Assembly: GCA_963674965.2 (NCBI GenBank)
Contig: CAXXFL010000007.1
Location: 288,001-352,000, forward strand
Reading direction: 5' to 3'
DNA: 64,000 nucleotides
DNA from: a bacterium
GTDB taxonomy: Bacteria; RBG-13-61-14; DATKZS01
This document shows, in pieces, positions 1 to 10,097 of this stretch (positions are counted from its first letter, which is position 1; each line of letters opens with the position of its first letter). Made by a program: the position numbers and the translations under genes. Below the pieces are notes generated by a model that was given only the letters and a program-made list of their open reading frames with translations, did not search any database and had not been told where the DNA came from.

Positions 1-1323
1 GGCAAACACGGCCGTTCTCTTGGGTTCCCAGGACATGAAAAATATCAGAAAGGGAGCGCTTGAAAGCACGGCTGCCAAAACTATCGGCGCGGTGGACGTA
101 AGGCCCGACAGGTACTTGCCGAGAAGAATCTGGCGCGGCGTGAGAAGCGTGCTTCGAAGAAGGTCCATGGAATCGGAGTCGTACTCCCTGCCAAAGGACC
201 AAGCCAAAATGGCCGGGCAAAGAAGGGTAACGAAACAAAGCTGTAGTATCACGGAAGATATCAGGGACACGGCGTATCTTGTATAGTAGTTGAAAGTACC
301 GTCAAACATAAGTACGCCAGGGAACAGCATGAATAGAAGAGTAGCCGCGTAAAGGACGCGTATGGACCAGTCGCTTTTACCCAATGCCCCCCATTGCAGT
401 TCCCGGACCAGGATGGGGTTTCGGCCCGCGGGTATGGGTTTTTTCCTGCGCATGGGGTCGATAAGGTAGAAGGGAAAGGACCACCGCCGCCGGGCCAGGA
501 CTTGCTCGTCGTCCGTCACCTTGGTCTCGCGTTTTTGCTCCGGCCGCGCCCTCTTGTCGAGGGCCCAACGGGCCGCGCCGAAACAGGCGGCCCAGAAAAG
601 GGCCTGCCATAAGAGGTTGGCGGCCAGCTTGTCGAGCACCTCGCTCAAGGAGGCCTGAAGGGCTAGAAAGGGAGAGGTGGCGACGAAAAGGTCTTTCAAA
701 TCTCGGCTCAGTCCATACACGTCCACCAGCTCGGTCGCGATGGCAAGGCCCCCCCACGGGACGCCCAGGGGAACGAGCATAAGAACATAGGAGGCCAGTA
801 TGGCGACCAGGCCCCTCCGGAAAAGAGTCGAGCACAGAATGCCGCTCAGGGCGCAGGACACGGAAAATGCCATGACCGTAAGAAAGCGGAAAACCAGCTC
901 GGACGGCTCGATCCCCACCAGGAATATCGCCGAGGCCGCGATGGGAATAACGGCGACAAGGACCATGAGGAATATCGCCGCGGCGCTTACGAGCTTGGAA
1001 AACAAAAGTTCGCTCCCGCCGATCAAGGTCAGCCGCAGCATCTCGAAGGTCCCTCTTTCCTTTTCCAGTACCACGGACCCTCCCGCTATGCCGGGCAAGA
1101 TCGCGGCGGCGCATAAGATGAAGATCAACATGAACCCAAACATCAGCTTCGAGGAAACCGTGGCCGACTGCTGGAGCAGAACGTCGCTTGACGGCCAGGC
1201 CCCCCATACCAGCAAAACCGAAGCTGCCGCGGAGAAAAAAGGAAGCAGGAACATTTTCCAGTCGCGCAGGCCGCTGACGAGTTCCTTCTTAATAAGGGCC
1301 GAGGCCGGGAAAGTAAGGCTCAA
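1..1323 (-). CDS. ABC-2 type permease with two tandem permease domains (3' end beyond window)
   Basis: Not in the ORF track; translated by hand. TTG at 1323 overlaps the upstream TGA (TTGA) and follows an AGGAGG RBS. Reads LSLTFPASALIKKELVSGLRDWK...EKERGTFEMLRLT...FPFYLIDPMRRKKPI..NPILVRELQWG...REYDSDSMDLLRST and stays open to base 1. Paralog of 1320-2996. Confidence 0.85.
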   Translation of the reverse strand, partial: MSLTFPASALIKKELVSGLRDWKMFLLPFFSAAASVLLVWGAWPSSDVLLQQSATVSSKLMFGFMLIFILCAAAILPGIAGGSVVLEKERGTFEMLRLTLIGGSELLFSKLVSAAAIFLMVLVAVIPIAASAIFLVGIEPSELVFRFLTVMAFSVSCALSGILCSTLFRRGLVAILASYVLMLVPLGVPWGGLAIATELVDVYGLSRDLKDLFVATSPFLALQASLSEVLDKLAANLLWQALFWAACFGAARWALDKRARPEQKRETKVTDDEQVLARRRWSFPFYLIDPMRRKKPIPAGRNPILVRELQWGALGKSDWSIRVLYAATLLFMLFPGVLMFDGTFNYYTRYAVSLISSVILQLCFVTLLCPAILAWSFGREYDSDSMDLLRSTLLTPRQILLGKYLSGLTSTAPIVLAAVLSSAPFLIFFMSWEPKRTAVFA

Positions 1324-2996
1324 GTATTTTGTCCTCCTCGAAGCCCCTGGGTGGAAACCCGGGCCAGCCTTCGCGTTGTCCGCCAGAAAAAGGCCAGGCC
1401 AAGGAGAGCGAAAGAAACCTGGCTGATCCAGAATAGAACGTGCTCGCCTAATTTGGGTCTCGGGTCATAGGCGATAATGGCGAATGAAACGATGGGCGAG
1501 AAAACCGAGTAGGACTTGCCGGGCTGTCCGTGTCCCATCCAGGACAGGAGAACTATAACAAACAACATCAAGCCTATCAGCGCTCCCGCCCCCAGGAGCA
1601 TGGACTTGGCCGCGGCGCTGGTGGTCTTCTCCGACCGGAGCGAGGCGTAGAGGGAGACGTTCGAGACCAGGAACACGCACACGGCCATGGTCACGTATCC
1701 GCGAATGGCCTGGAGCCAGCCCTCGAGGTCCATGCCGACGGCGATGACGCCGGGAACGGTCAGCACGACGACCAGGAGCACCCCCGGCGCTATGGCCGCG
1801 AGCGAGGCCAGGAGCTTTCCCCTTACGATCTCGTAGGGGGGCATGGCCGTCATTATCAGCATCTCCAATGTTTCCGATTCCCGCTCCCGGGCGAAAAGGC
1901 CGGCCGTATAGGTCGGTATCATAAGACAAAGGGCGATGATGAAGATCAGCGTCATGGTGGAGCAGAAATTACTCAAGTCCTCCTGGTCGGCCGGAGAAAA
2001 CGAGACCATGACCCCGACGATCGCCGCAGGCACGAGGAGAAAGAAGACCGGATAAAACGACCTTATGTATGAGGTCGCGTTTCCCATGATGGTCCAGCGC
2101 AGGTCCCTCTCCAGGACCGGGTTGAAGCGGTCGCCGAACCCTCTTTTCTTTTTCCTCGGATCGACCAGATAATACGGCGCCCTCCTTCGCCTCGTCTTCA
2201 GTTCCGGGCCGGATACCGCCGGGGAGTGAGCCGCCGCCTCGGGACTGGGAGAGCGGCGAAGCTTCAAGACCGAGGCATAAAATAACGCGAGAAGGAAAAG
2301 GACCTCCACCGCGAAATATAACCAGTTCTTTCCCGGAACGAACCTGGTTGAATAGATTATTGGAAAGTAAAAAGGCGATGGGATCAAAATTCCCAGGGCC
2401 CTTATCAACATGGGGACCAGGACCGCCCATAAGATGGCCAATCCATAAGCGTTGGACGTGGCCCTCGTAAGCGACTTGGCGTAACACGAGGAAAAGATGC
2501 CCATCAGGGTTATGGCCAAAGCGGCGTGGACCAGCGACATAATAATCATCATGAAGACGGTCAAATCCACCCCCACCAGGAAGAAGACCACGGCGAAAAA
2601 GGGAAGCACGGCGATGAAGATCAAAAGGAAGATTCCCATCGACGCGGCGGCTTTTCTTAAAATGAGCATGGAGGGAGACGCGAGGGTGAGAAAGGTCATA
2701 TCGAAGGTGCCCCTCTGCTTCTCTCCAATAATCGCGCCGGCCGAGACGCCGGGAAGCACTAGAAAAATGGCCGCCAGGACGAAGTAGTAGGTCATGGACA
2801 TGATGGTGTTGGACAGGCGGTCGGCCTCCAGGAGCAGGTTCCGATAAGCGGGCCAGGACTCGTATACCATCCAAAGCAGGAGAAGGGGCGGAAATGCCGC
2901 GTATAAAAACGAGCGCTTGCGCCTAAGCGCCAGAAGGAACTCGTAGCGCGTAAGCGCGGCCAAGCTGGACAGCGAGTCCGCCAAGGAGGCTAACAT
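1320..2996 (-). CDS. ABC-2 type permease, two tandem domains (558 aa)
   Basis: Multi-TM protein with two copies of the ABC-2 motif (GEKQRGTFDMTFLT; RERESETLEMLIMT) joined by a basic linker. Confidence 0.88.
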   Translation of the reverse strand: MLASLADSLSSLAALTRYEFLLALRRKRSFLYAAFPPLLLLWMVYESWPAYRNLLLEADRLSNTIMSMTYYFVLAAIFLVLPGVSAGAIIGEKQRGTFDMTFLTLASPSMLILRKAAASMGIFLLIFIAVLPFFAVVFFLVGVDLTVFMMIIMSLVHAALAITLMGIFSSCYAKSLTRATSNAYGLAILWAVLVPMLIRALGILIPSPFYFPIIYSTRFVPGKNWLYFAVEVLFLLALFYASVLKLRRSPSPEAAAHSPAVSGPELKTRRRRAPYYLVDPRKKKRGFGDRFNPVLERDLRWTIMGNATSYIRSFYPVFFLLVPAAIVGVMVSFSPADQEDLSNFCSTMTLIFIIALCLMIPTYTAGLFARERESETLEMLIMTAMPPYEIVRGKLLASLAAIAPGVLLVVVLTVPGVIAVGMDLEGWLQAIRGYVTMAVCVFLVSNVSLYASLRSEKTTSAAAKSMLLGAGALIGLMLFVIVLLSWMGHGQPGKSYSVFSPIVSFAIIAYDPRPKLGEHVLFWISQVSFALLGLAFFWRTTRRLARVSTQGLRGGQNT

Positions 2997-3999
2997 GTGC
3001 TTACTCCCCTTCCCCGGGCTTTCCTCATCCGGGAAAAGACTTCTTTGCCGATCCGACCCAAATCTTTCGACTGGTCTTCCATCGACTTGGCCAGCGCGCG
3101 GGAGGAAAGGCGGTTCAGAAAGATACCCATAACGATGAAAGCCGCCATGCCGTTGGCCGCGATAATCGCGGTGAGCAAAAGCTCATTGGATGGACTTTGT
3201 AAAATTGTATAAACATTCAGGATCGGCGAATAGCACATCACCGCTTCTCCCAGGTTTTCCAGGTAATCCTGATCTTTGGGCAGGAGTTGGACCTCGGCTA
3301 AAATGTCAATAATCGTTAGGCCCAGCAGGCCGAAAAGCAAAGGAAGTTTACTCAGTGCAACCCCCGCGATCAACGCGCTTCCGATTTTCCTGGAAATGAT
3401 CGAGACGTACACGCATATCGAGGCGACCAGATAGGAGCCGGTGATAAAACTCGCGATGACCATAATGACTTTCAGCCAGATTATATAACCGAACCCGACG
3501 TATGCCGTTACGGCGATGATAAACATGGCGCTGGACAGGGCTATCGGCGCGGTGGCAGCAAGTGACGCCGCGATTTTTCCCCGGACGATCTCGGACGCGG
3601 TCATGCCCGTCATCCTCAGGAAGTCCAGACAATCCCGCTCCCTCTCGGAGGCCACCGAGTAGGCGGCTAAAACGGGCAGTACCAAGCCGCCAATTATGAC
3701 GACTTGAATTATTACGAAGTTGTCGAAAAAGCGCCCCCAGAAATAAACCCCTGAAATGGAGAAATCCCCCGTAATTAAGAATACTAGAAACAATAGGAAC
3801 GCAAAGTTAGTCAAAGTCGCGCCCGAAAACAACAGGAGCAGCTTGAGCGCTCCGCTTATGCCCCACTCTAAATCCTTCAAAATAACGGGATTAACTCCAT
3901 CCATATATGAAGACCGCCTTCCTCTCCAGGACCAAAGCCTCCCCGAGAGTCCTCGCGCTCCCTCTTTTTTCTTCAGGCCAATCGCTCCCATTTTAACTA
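2990..3999 (-). pseudogene. C-terminal half of an IS-interrupted double-domain ABC-2 permease
   Basis: Contains NPVILKDLEWG and SERERDCLDFLRMT. Joins 5764-6580 in frame once the IS and one TSD copy are removed (...RVGHGL-VKMGAIG...). Confidence 0.85.
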
Positions 4000-5763
4000 G
4001 TTCCAGTTGCGTAACTAGAAAAAGCCAATAAAAACAATGTGCTGTAAGCATTTTTCGCTTCCCTTTTTGGTCTTGTTATGATACAATAACTCCTTGAAAA
4101 ATCAAGGATTGACTTGCCGGGATGCTGTGAAGGGGGCGAAAAATGCGACCGAAAATTAAAATGCAAATGACCATTGAAGACCACGAATTTTTGAAAGCGG
4201 GCCATCTTTTCAAACAAGACACTGAGCTTGAGAAGATGAGCATAGCGCTCGACGAGGCCAAGGAAATTCTGGAAGCTGTTGCCGATGATCTCCAAAGCGG
4301 ACTCAAGGAGACCGGCGCCGAGGGGATGAGCGTCGAGCAGGTCCTTAGGAGCGCGGTCATCTATCAACTCAAGTGTTATTCCTACCGGGAACTCGGCGAC
4401 CGCCTCGGTTCCGATTACAATTTCCGCAAGTTCACCAGGTTCTTCGGGCGGGACATTCCCCATTTCAGCAGCCTGGAGCGGGCGATAAAACGCATCCGCC
4501 CCGAGACCTGGGAGCGGATCAACGAAATGCTCGTGGCCCTGGCCATTAAAAAAAAAGTAGAAGACGGCGAGGCGGTCCGCGCTGACACCGCGGTGGCCGA
4601 GGCCAACATCCACTATCCGACCGACGCTTCGCTTCTTTTTGACAGCATCCGTGTATTGGACCGGTTGATGAAAGGAGCGCGGAAGGAGCTGCCGGGTCTC
4701 GGGTTCGAATATCATGACCGGACTCGGCGGGCCAAGAAGCGCGCTTACCAGATCGCCATGGGCAAAGGCAAAGGGATCGAGAAGAAACGGGCGGTCTGGT
4801 ACCGGGACCTTCTCAAGGTTTCGGCGGAAATCTTGGCCATGGCCCGCTCGGCGCGGGAGGCGCTGGACGAGGCCCTTAAAGGCGGAGAGCTTTATTTCAG
4901 CGATGCGGGCCTGGCAACCATGATCAAGAGCGAACTCGATCATTACCTGCCGCTTTCTGAGCAGTGCGTCGAGCAGTGCGAGCGGCGGGTTATAAAAGGC
5001 GAGAAGGTTCCCGCGCAAGAGAAGGTGGTTTCCGTTTTCGAGCCGCACGTTGATATCATCCGGAGAGGCAAGACCATGAGCCCGACCGAGTTCGGTCACA
5101 AGGTGATGGCGGCGACGGGAAGGTCGGGGATTGTGCTTCAATATAAAGTGTGCGAGGGCAACCCTTCCGACGCCGACCTTTTCGAGGACATTTTGCAAAA
5201 ACACGTCCGCCTGTTCGGCAAGGCTCCACGCGAGTTTACCGGCGACCGCCGCTTCTATCATGAGGACAATGAGAAGCTTGCGACCGAAGGTCCTTATTAT
5301 ATCGAGCGCCTGGCCATTCCCAAGCCCGGCAAAAGGAGTTCGGAGCGGATCGAGCACGAGCGTCAGCGCTGGTTCAAGAAGCTTCTTCGCTTCCGGGCCG
5401 GGATCGAGGGCGGCCTTTCCGCCCTTCTTCGCGGCTTCGGTCTGAGCCGATGCCTGTGGAGAGGTTTCGAGAGCTTCAAGTCCTGGGTGGGTCTTTCGTT
5501 CTTTGCCTGGAACCTTCGAAAACTCGCGCTGCTGACTTAGCCGCCGCCGGGCGCGCCCCTGTGGGGGCAATGAAAAACGGAAATGAAAAACAGCAAAAGG
5601 AGAGGTGTTTTTTGAAAGGATAGAAAAGGGCCGGCTCAGGCATTCAACTCGCCTGAAAGCGTTAAAATCTTTTCCGTCCTTTATGGACGCCCTGAAAATC
5701 TGCATGTCCATATCCTCTCCGCACCGCATAATGAAAGCCATTAAGCAGTTGTGCAACAGAAAC
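4000..5763 (+). mobile_element. Insertion sequence, 1764 bp, DDE type (ISNCY/ISDol1-like or IS5-related), copy 1
   Basis: Imperfect terminal IRs GTTCCAGTTGCGTAACT / GTTTCTGTTGCACAACT. Flanked by the direct repeat TAACTA at 3994-3999 and 5764-5769. Second copy at 42013-43776. Confidence 0.95.
4143..5540 (+). CDS. DDE transposase (465 aa)
   Basis: Motifs ADTAVAEANIHYPTDASLL, EFGHK, GDRRF and RFRAGIEG, typical of IS5/ISNCY transposases. Confidence 0.95.
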   Translation: MRPKIKMQMTIEDHEFLKAGHLFKQDTELEKMSIALDEAKEILEAVADDLQSGLKETGAEGMSVEQVLRSAVIYQLKCYSYRELGDRLGSDYNFRKFTRFFGRDIPHFSSLERAIKRIRPETWERINEMLVALAIKKKVEDGEAVRADTAVAEANIHYPTDASLLFDSIRVLDRLMKGARKELPGLGFEYHDRTRRAKKRAYQIAMGKGKGIEKKRAVWYRDLLKVSAEILAMARSAREALDEALKGGELYFSDAGLATMIKSELDHYLPLSEQCVEQCERRVIKGEKVPAQEKVVSVFEPHVDIIRRGKTMSPTEFGHKVMAATGRSGIVLQYKVCEGNPSDADLFEDILQKHVRLFGKAPREFTGDRRFYHEDNEKLATEGPYYIERLAIPKPGKRSSERIEHERQRWFKKLLRFRAGIEGGLSALLRGFGLSRCLWRGFESFKSWVGLSFFAWNLRKLALLT

Positions 5764-6580
5764 TAACTAGTCCATGTCCGACCCTGTCCGCGCGGCGAAG
5801 GCCCATGATGGCGATAAAGAAAAATACCGCCGACGTCATGGACAAATAAGCGAGCTGAGCCGCCCATAAATGCCAGTCGCTAAAATAATGGCGCGGCCAT
5901 GTAAATATAATTTTTAAGGGGAAATAAGCGGATTCGATTAAAAACGTCGCTACGTCTGATTTTCCGCTCCCTATAAGTAAAAGATGGAAAAGGAGCGGGG
6001 TGACGCCCCATATTATTAGTATTAATATATATGACATTATGATAGCATAAACCGGCGACTTGGAAAGGCTTGAAACCCCGAGGCCTATGGCCGAAAAGTT
6101 TCCGGCGAAAAACAGAAGAATAATAGGGACCCGCCAAAGCTCGAGGCCCTGAAAGCCGACCAGGAAAAAGCCGACCGACATGGCCGGCAGGCACAGGATG
6201 ATTAAAAATACGCAAACCATGAGGATTGATAAAGTCTTCTTTACGACGTATCCGGTGGGCGTAATCAGGCTCACCCTGACCATGTCAAGGGACCCCGATC
6301 GCCTCTCGCCGGCGATGGCCTCGGCCGAGAGGGGCGGAACGAGAAAAAACATGATCAGGGCAAGAAATGACAAGGTCATTTCCATTAAGGCGTCCGATAC
6401 ATCAGCGGCCTCTTTATAACTCATAAAGCGGCCCTCAATAAAAAACGATAAAACAAGCGTGAGGCCCGCCGCCAGAAGAATCATTAAAGCCGTTACCTTT
6501 TCTTCCCGCAGCCTGGCCCCCAGCTCCAGGTGGACAAGATCGAGCGCGTTACGGACGCTTTCCTTAAGCCTCGAATTCAA
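5764..6580 (-). pseudogene. N-terminal half of the IS-interrupted ABC-2 permease
   Basis: Contains GERRSGSLDMVRVS. The frame runs into the IS end and stops at 5741. TTG start overlaps the ATPase stop codon. Confidence 0.85.
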
Positions 6581-7512
6581 TTCCCGTAATCTCCATTGGT
6601 GACGTGCATGAAAACGTCCTCCAGGCTTCCCTTGATCTCCTCCAGGAAGAGGACCTTCACGCCCGACTCGACCAGGCGAGTCAAAAGCCCGGAAATTTCA
6701 ATTGCCCCCATGTTGGTCTGGATATGGAACTCGTCGCCCGACCGGGTGAAGTCCTCGATCGCCGGGTCCTCTTCCAGGGCCTTCTCGGCCAGGTCCGCGC
6801 CCTCGATCACCTCGAGCCGCAGGTCCCGGGCCTTGCGGATTTGATGGAGAATCTCCCGGTACTCGCCCTGGGCCAGCATCTTTCCGTCCGAGATAATGCC
6901 GATCTTGTTGCACATGTCTCCCAACTCGGAAAGGATGTGCGAGGATATCAAGATGGTCTTGCCCATTTCCTGGAGCGTCTTAATAAGCTCCTTGAACTCG
7001 GCCCTGGCCCTGGGATCAAGGCCGCTGGCCGGCTCGTCCAAAAGCAGCACCTTGGGGTCGTGAATAAGGGTCTTGGCCAGGCAACACCTTTGCTTCATGC
7101 CCCGGGAAAAGGCGCTCACGAAAAGGTCGGCCTTGCCGGCAAGGTCCGTCAGGGTTAGCACGTCGTCGATGATGGCCCGCCTTTTCTTAAGAGGAATCTT
7201 ATAGGCCGCGCCGAAAAAATCGAGGTACTCGCGAAGTCTCATCCCCTCGTAAACGCCGAATGAGTCGGGCATGAACCCCACCCGCTTCTTGATCTCGTAG
7301 GGTTCCTCAACCACGTTGATGCCGTCGATGAAAGCCGCGCCCGAGCTGGGCTCGAGAAGCGTGGCCAGGACGCGGATGGTCGTGGTCTTGCCCGCGCCGT
7401 TGGGGCCGATGAATCCGTAGACGTCGCCCTCCTCGATCAGGACGTCGATGCCGCTCAAGGCCTGAAACTCCTTGAACTTCCGAGTAAGCCCCTGGGTCTT
7501 GATCATTTCCAT
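6577..7512 (-). CDS. ABC transporter ATP-binding protein (ABC-2/DrrA type)
   Basis: Walker A GPNGAGKTT, signature FSRGMKQR, Walker B LLLDEP, ISSH. Start may be 7512 or 7521. Confidence 0.95.
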   Translation of the reverse strand: MEMIKTQGLTRKFKEFQALSGIDVLIEEGDVYGFIGPNGAGKTTTIRVLATLLEPSSGAAFIDGINVVEEPYEIKKRVGFMPDSFGVYEGMRLREYLDFFGAAYKIPLKKRRAIIDDVLTLTDLAGKADLFVSAFSRGMKQRCCLAKTLIHDPKVLLLDEPASGLDPRARAEFKELIKTLQEMGKTILISSHILSELGDMCNKIGIISDGKMLAQGEYREILHQIRKARDLRLEVIEGADLAEKALEEDPAIEDFTRSGDEFHIQTNMGAIEISGLLTRLVESGVKVLFLEEIKGSLEDVFMHVTNGDYGN

Positions 7513-10097
7513 AATTCCCATTCTCCTTGCCGGCCGCCGTCCTCGCTGGACTTTATCTTCACCGCCACCGAGTAGTTGCCAACCGTGTTATCGTATTGGT
7601 AAACCCTTCTTGTGGCCTTTTTATCAAAGGACCCCTTGAGTTTAAGTTCCAATATTCCCCCGCTCTCGAACTCGTTCCTACAGCATCCCGAGTACTTATA
7701 AGAAACCCTCCGGACCTCCTGGCCATCCACGGACAAAGTCTCCTTCCCCTCGATGGTCAAGGCATCTTTTTTCACCTCGCGATACAAGCCAAGGGAGTCC
7801 CCGTCCGGCAGGCTGTAAAACAAATCAACCAAAAGCTCTCCCGCCGTCGAGCCCTCCAGTTCCTCGGGCAGGGCCACGTACACCGCCGGCTGGTTGTAGG
7901 ACTGGAACTCGGGATAGCCCTCGCTCAGGCCGCAGCCCATTTTCTTCCATTCCCTGTGCCAGGGCGAGTCGTTTAGGCTCCATCGTCCGCAGCCGGGGAA
8001 ATCCCCTGAAAGAGCGTAATTATAGTCCTGAATAAGAACGGGCAAATATCTCCACGGGTCCTTTTTCGTTCTCGAATCATCAATGGAGAGGTCCACCACC
8101 AGAAGAGTATTCGAGATGTTCCGCTTGACCTCGCTCGGCGCGGCAAGCGCGTCTTCACTTGCGCCCTTCACCCATCCCAGGAAATAGGGGCCCTGCCTCG
8201 CGTCAAGCAAGACGGCGTCGTCTCCGTACATTCCCCTCACCGACGCCGTGTTCACGCCGCGGTCCCGAAGAAGCTCCAGAAGAACGTTCTGGTTCATGGT
8301 CCGCCGGTCGTTCCCATACCTGTCGCGCATGCCCCCTTCTTTACCCGGACGCTCGAGCTTGAAGCTTGACAGGTCGACGCTCCAGGCCTTATCCGTTTCC
8401 TTCAACTCGTAAAGATGGCCGTTGACGAACAAATTGGGCGATTCGATCTCGTAATCCGTTTCGTTAACAAGCTCTCCCTTCAGCCCGGACTCGGTAAGGG
8501 CCAGTTCGCCCGATATCGCGCCCTTAATCTCCCTTTGCCCGGTAACCAGGAGGAGCCTGAAGGTGCTGGCGCGGACCCGATAATCCTCGACCCTGCCCGG
8601 TCCCTCCTGGATGAAGGTCAGGGGACTATCTCCGCCGCCGGACAATCCGAAAGACTTTGGCCCCGCGGGATAGCCGTACGGGTCCAGGCTGATATCGGAC
8701 CCCGCCATGGGCTCCCTTGCCAGTCCGAAAGGAACGGCCAGGTCCGCCTCGTATGTCCGAGTGCGCGCCGTCAATATCCCGGTGAAGGCGGCGACCTCCG
8801 CCCCGCTTTCCCCTTGCCGAAGGCGAAGTATCTCCACTTTCTCGAGCTCGCTCACCTTGGCCCTTCCCACCGTCCCGAATATGGCCGCGTAGGCCGTGAA
8901 GCCGATCGAGAGGAAAACCATGGTATACCAGGCCCATTCCAGGCGCTTGAGACGCCAGAAGACCAGGAAATTGATAACGATGGCGAAAAGGAAATACAGA
9001 CCCAGATAGAGAAGTATCGACCCCCGCGAGGCAATGCGCACCCCCGCGGATATGGGAATCCTGGAAAGGCAAGTCCCGGCGGCGGCGTCAAGGTTTAGCC
9101 CGTTCGCCCGCCGGCTCGAGCAAACGTCGCGCCACAGCGCCCCGTAGCCCTCGCTGGACTGAAGGCCGCGCCCGGCCGCGTCGACCGCTATCGCCACCGC
9201 TTTCCCCTGCCCGATCGAGCGAGCGGTGGCCAGCGTCGCCTCCTCGCCCAGGCGTTTCACGCCATCGTCCGCCAGAAGCTCCGTAAAGACAAGCTCGCGG
9301 TCCTCCAGCGCGCCTCGCCGATACTCGGACGGAAAAACCTCGCGCGCCAAGTCCCCTTCCTTGATGATGGACTGGGACCCGATGCGAACGCCTAAAAGGT
9401 CCTCCACCCACGTGCCCTTGTACTTGGGAGCGTTCGCCCCCAGGCTCACCACCAGGTTGCCGCCTCCTCGCACGTAGTTCTCGAGCAGCTCGCGGCGCTT
9501 CTCGCCTATCCGGCCCGGGTCCACGTCCCCCATGATTATCACGTCAAAGGACTCGTAACACTGAGGATAATCGGCCAGAAAGGCGAGGGATGCGCCCTTC
9601 AAGTTCTCCCGGTAGAAGCGTCTCCGGGATGACTCGCCCAGGACGACGGCGCTTAAAAAGCCGTAGTCCGTTACTCTTTCATCCAATACCAGGGTGAGGA
9701 AGTCGTCGTTTTTGATGGGCGTAAGGTCCATCCAGACGGGAGCGTCCAGGACCATCCTCTCCCCGTCGAAGACGCGGGCCTCGAGCCTGGCCGCGCCCTT
9801 CAAATAGGCGTGAAGCCTGAACCGCTTGCGCGAGCCCCTGGGCAGCTCGGCTTTTACCCGGTATATGGGGCTTTGCGCGTCGCCCATGACCGACAGGGTC
9901 CTCACCTCGACCCAGCCCGACGCGTCCCGCCCGTCGTTGTCTATCAGGACGTCGATGGGTACCCAGCTTCCCTCGCGAAAGGCCGAGCCGTGATTGACCA
10001 GAAGCCTCACGTTCATCCCGCCCTGGCCGGAAGCGGCCGCCGGGACTAGAGCCAGGACGGCCAAGATCAATAATGGAAGTTTCACTCTCAAATCCAT
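7503..10097 (-). CDS. Large exported membrane protein with class I glutamine-amidotransferase-like domain
   Basis: Signal peptide, FDVIIMGD...YVRGGGNLVV GATase-like segment, two central TM helices. ATG 10097 follows a GGAGG RBS (ORF track start 10166). Confidence 0.75.
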   Translation of the reverse strand: MDLRVKLPLLILAVLALVPAAASGQGGMNVRLLVNHGSAFREGSWVPIDVLIDNDGRDASGWVEVRTLSVMGDAQSPIYRVKAELPRGSRKRFRLHAYLKGAARLEARVFDGERMVLDAPVWMDLTPIKNDDFLTLVLDERVTDYGFLSAVVLGESSRRRFYRENLKGASLAFLADYPQCYESFDVIIMGDVDPGRIGEKRRELLENYVRGGGNLVVSLGANAPKYKGTWVEDLLGVRIGSQSIIKEGDLAREVFPSEYRRGALEDRELVFTELLADDGVKRLGEEATLATARSIGQGKAVAIAVDAAGRGLQSSEGYGALWRDVCSSRRANGLNLDAAAGTCLSRIPISAGVRIASRGSILLYLGLYFLFAIVINFLVFWRLKRLEWAWYTMVFLSIGFTAYAAIFGTVGRAKVSELEKVEILRLRQGESGAEVAAFTGILTARTRTYEADLAVPFGLAREPMAGSDISLDPYGYPAGPKSFGLSGGGDSPLTFIQEGPGRVEDYRVRASTFRLLLVTGQREIKGAISGELALTESGLKGELVNETDYEIESPNLFVNGHLYELKETDKAWSVDLSSFKLERPGKEGGMRDRYGNDRRTMNQNVLLELLRDRGVNTASVRGMYGDDAVLLDARQGPYFLGWVKGASEDALAAPSEVKRNISNTLLVVDLSIDDSRTKKDPWRYLPVLIQDYNYALSGDFPGCGRWSLNDSPWHREWKKMGCGLSEGYPEFQSYNQPAVYVALPEELEGSTAGELLVDLFYSLPDGDSLGLYREVKKDALTIEGKETLSVDGQEVRRVSYKYSGCCRNEFESGGILELKLKGSFDKKATRRVYQYDNTVGNYSVAVKIKSSEDGGRQGEWELWK

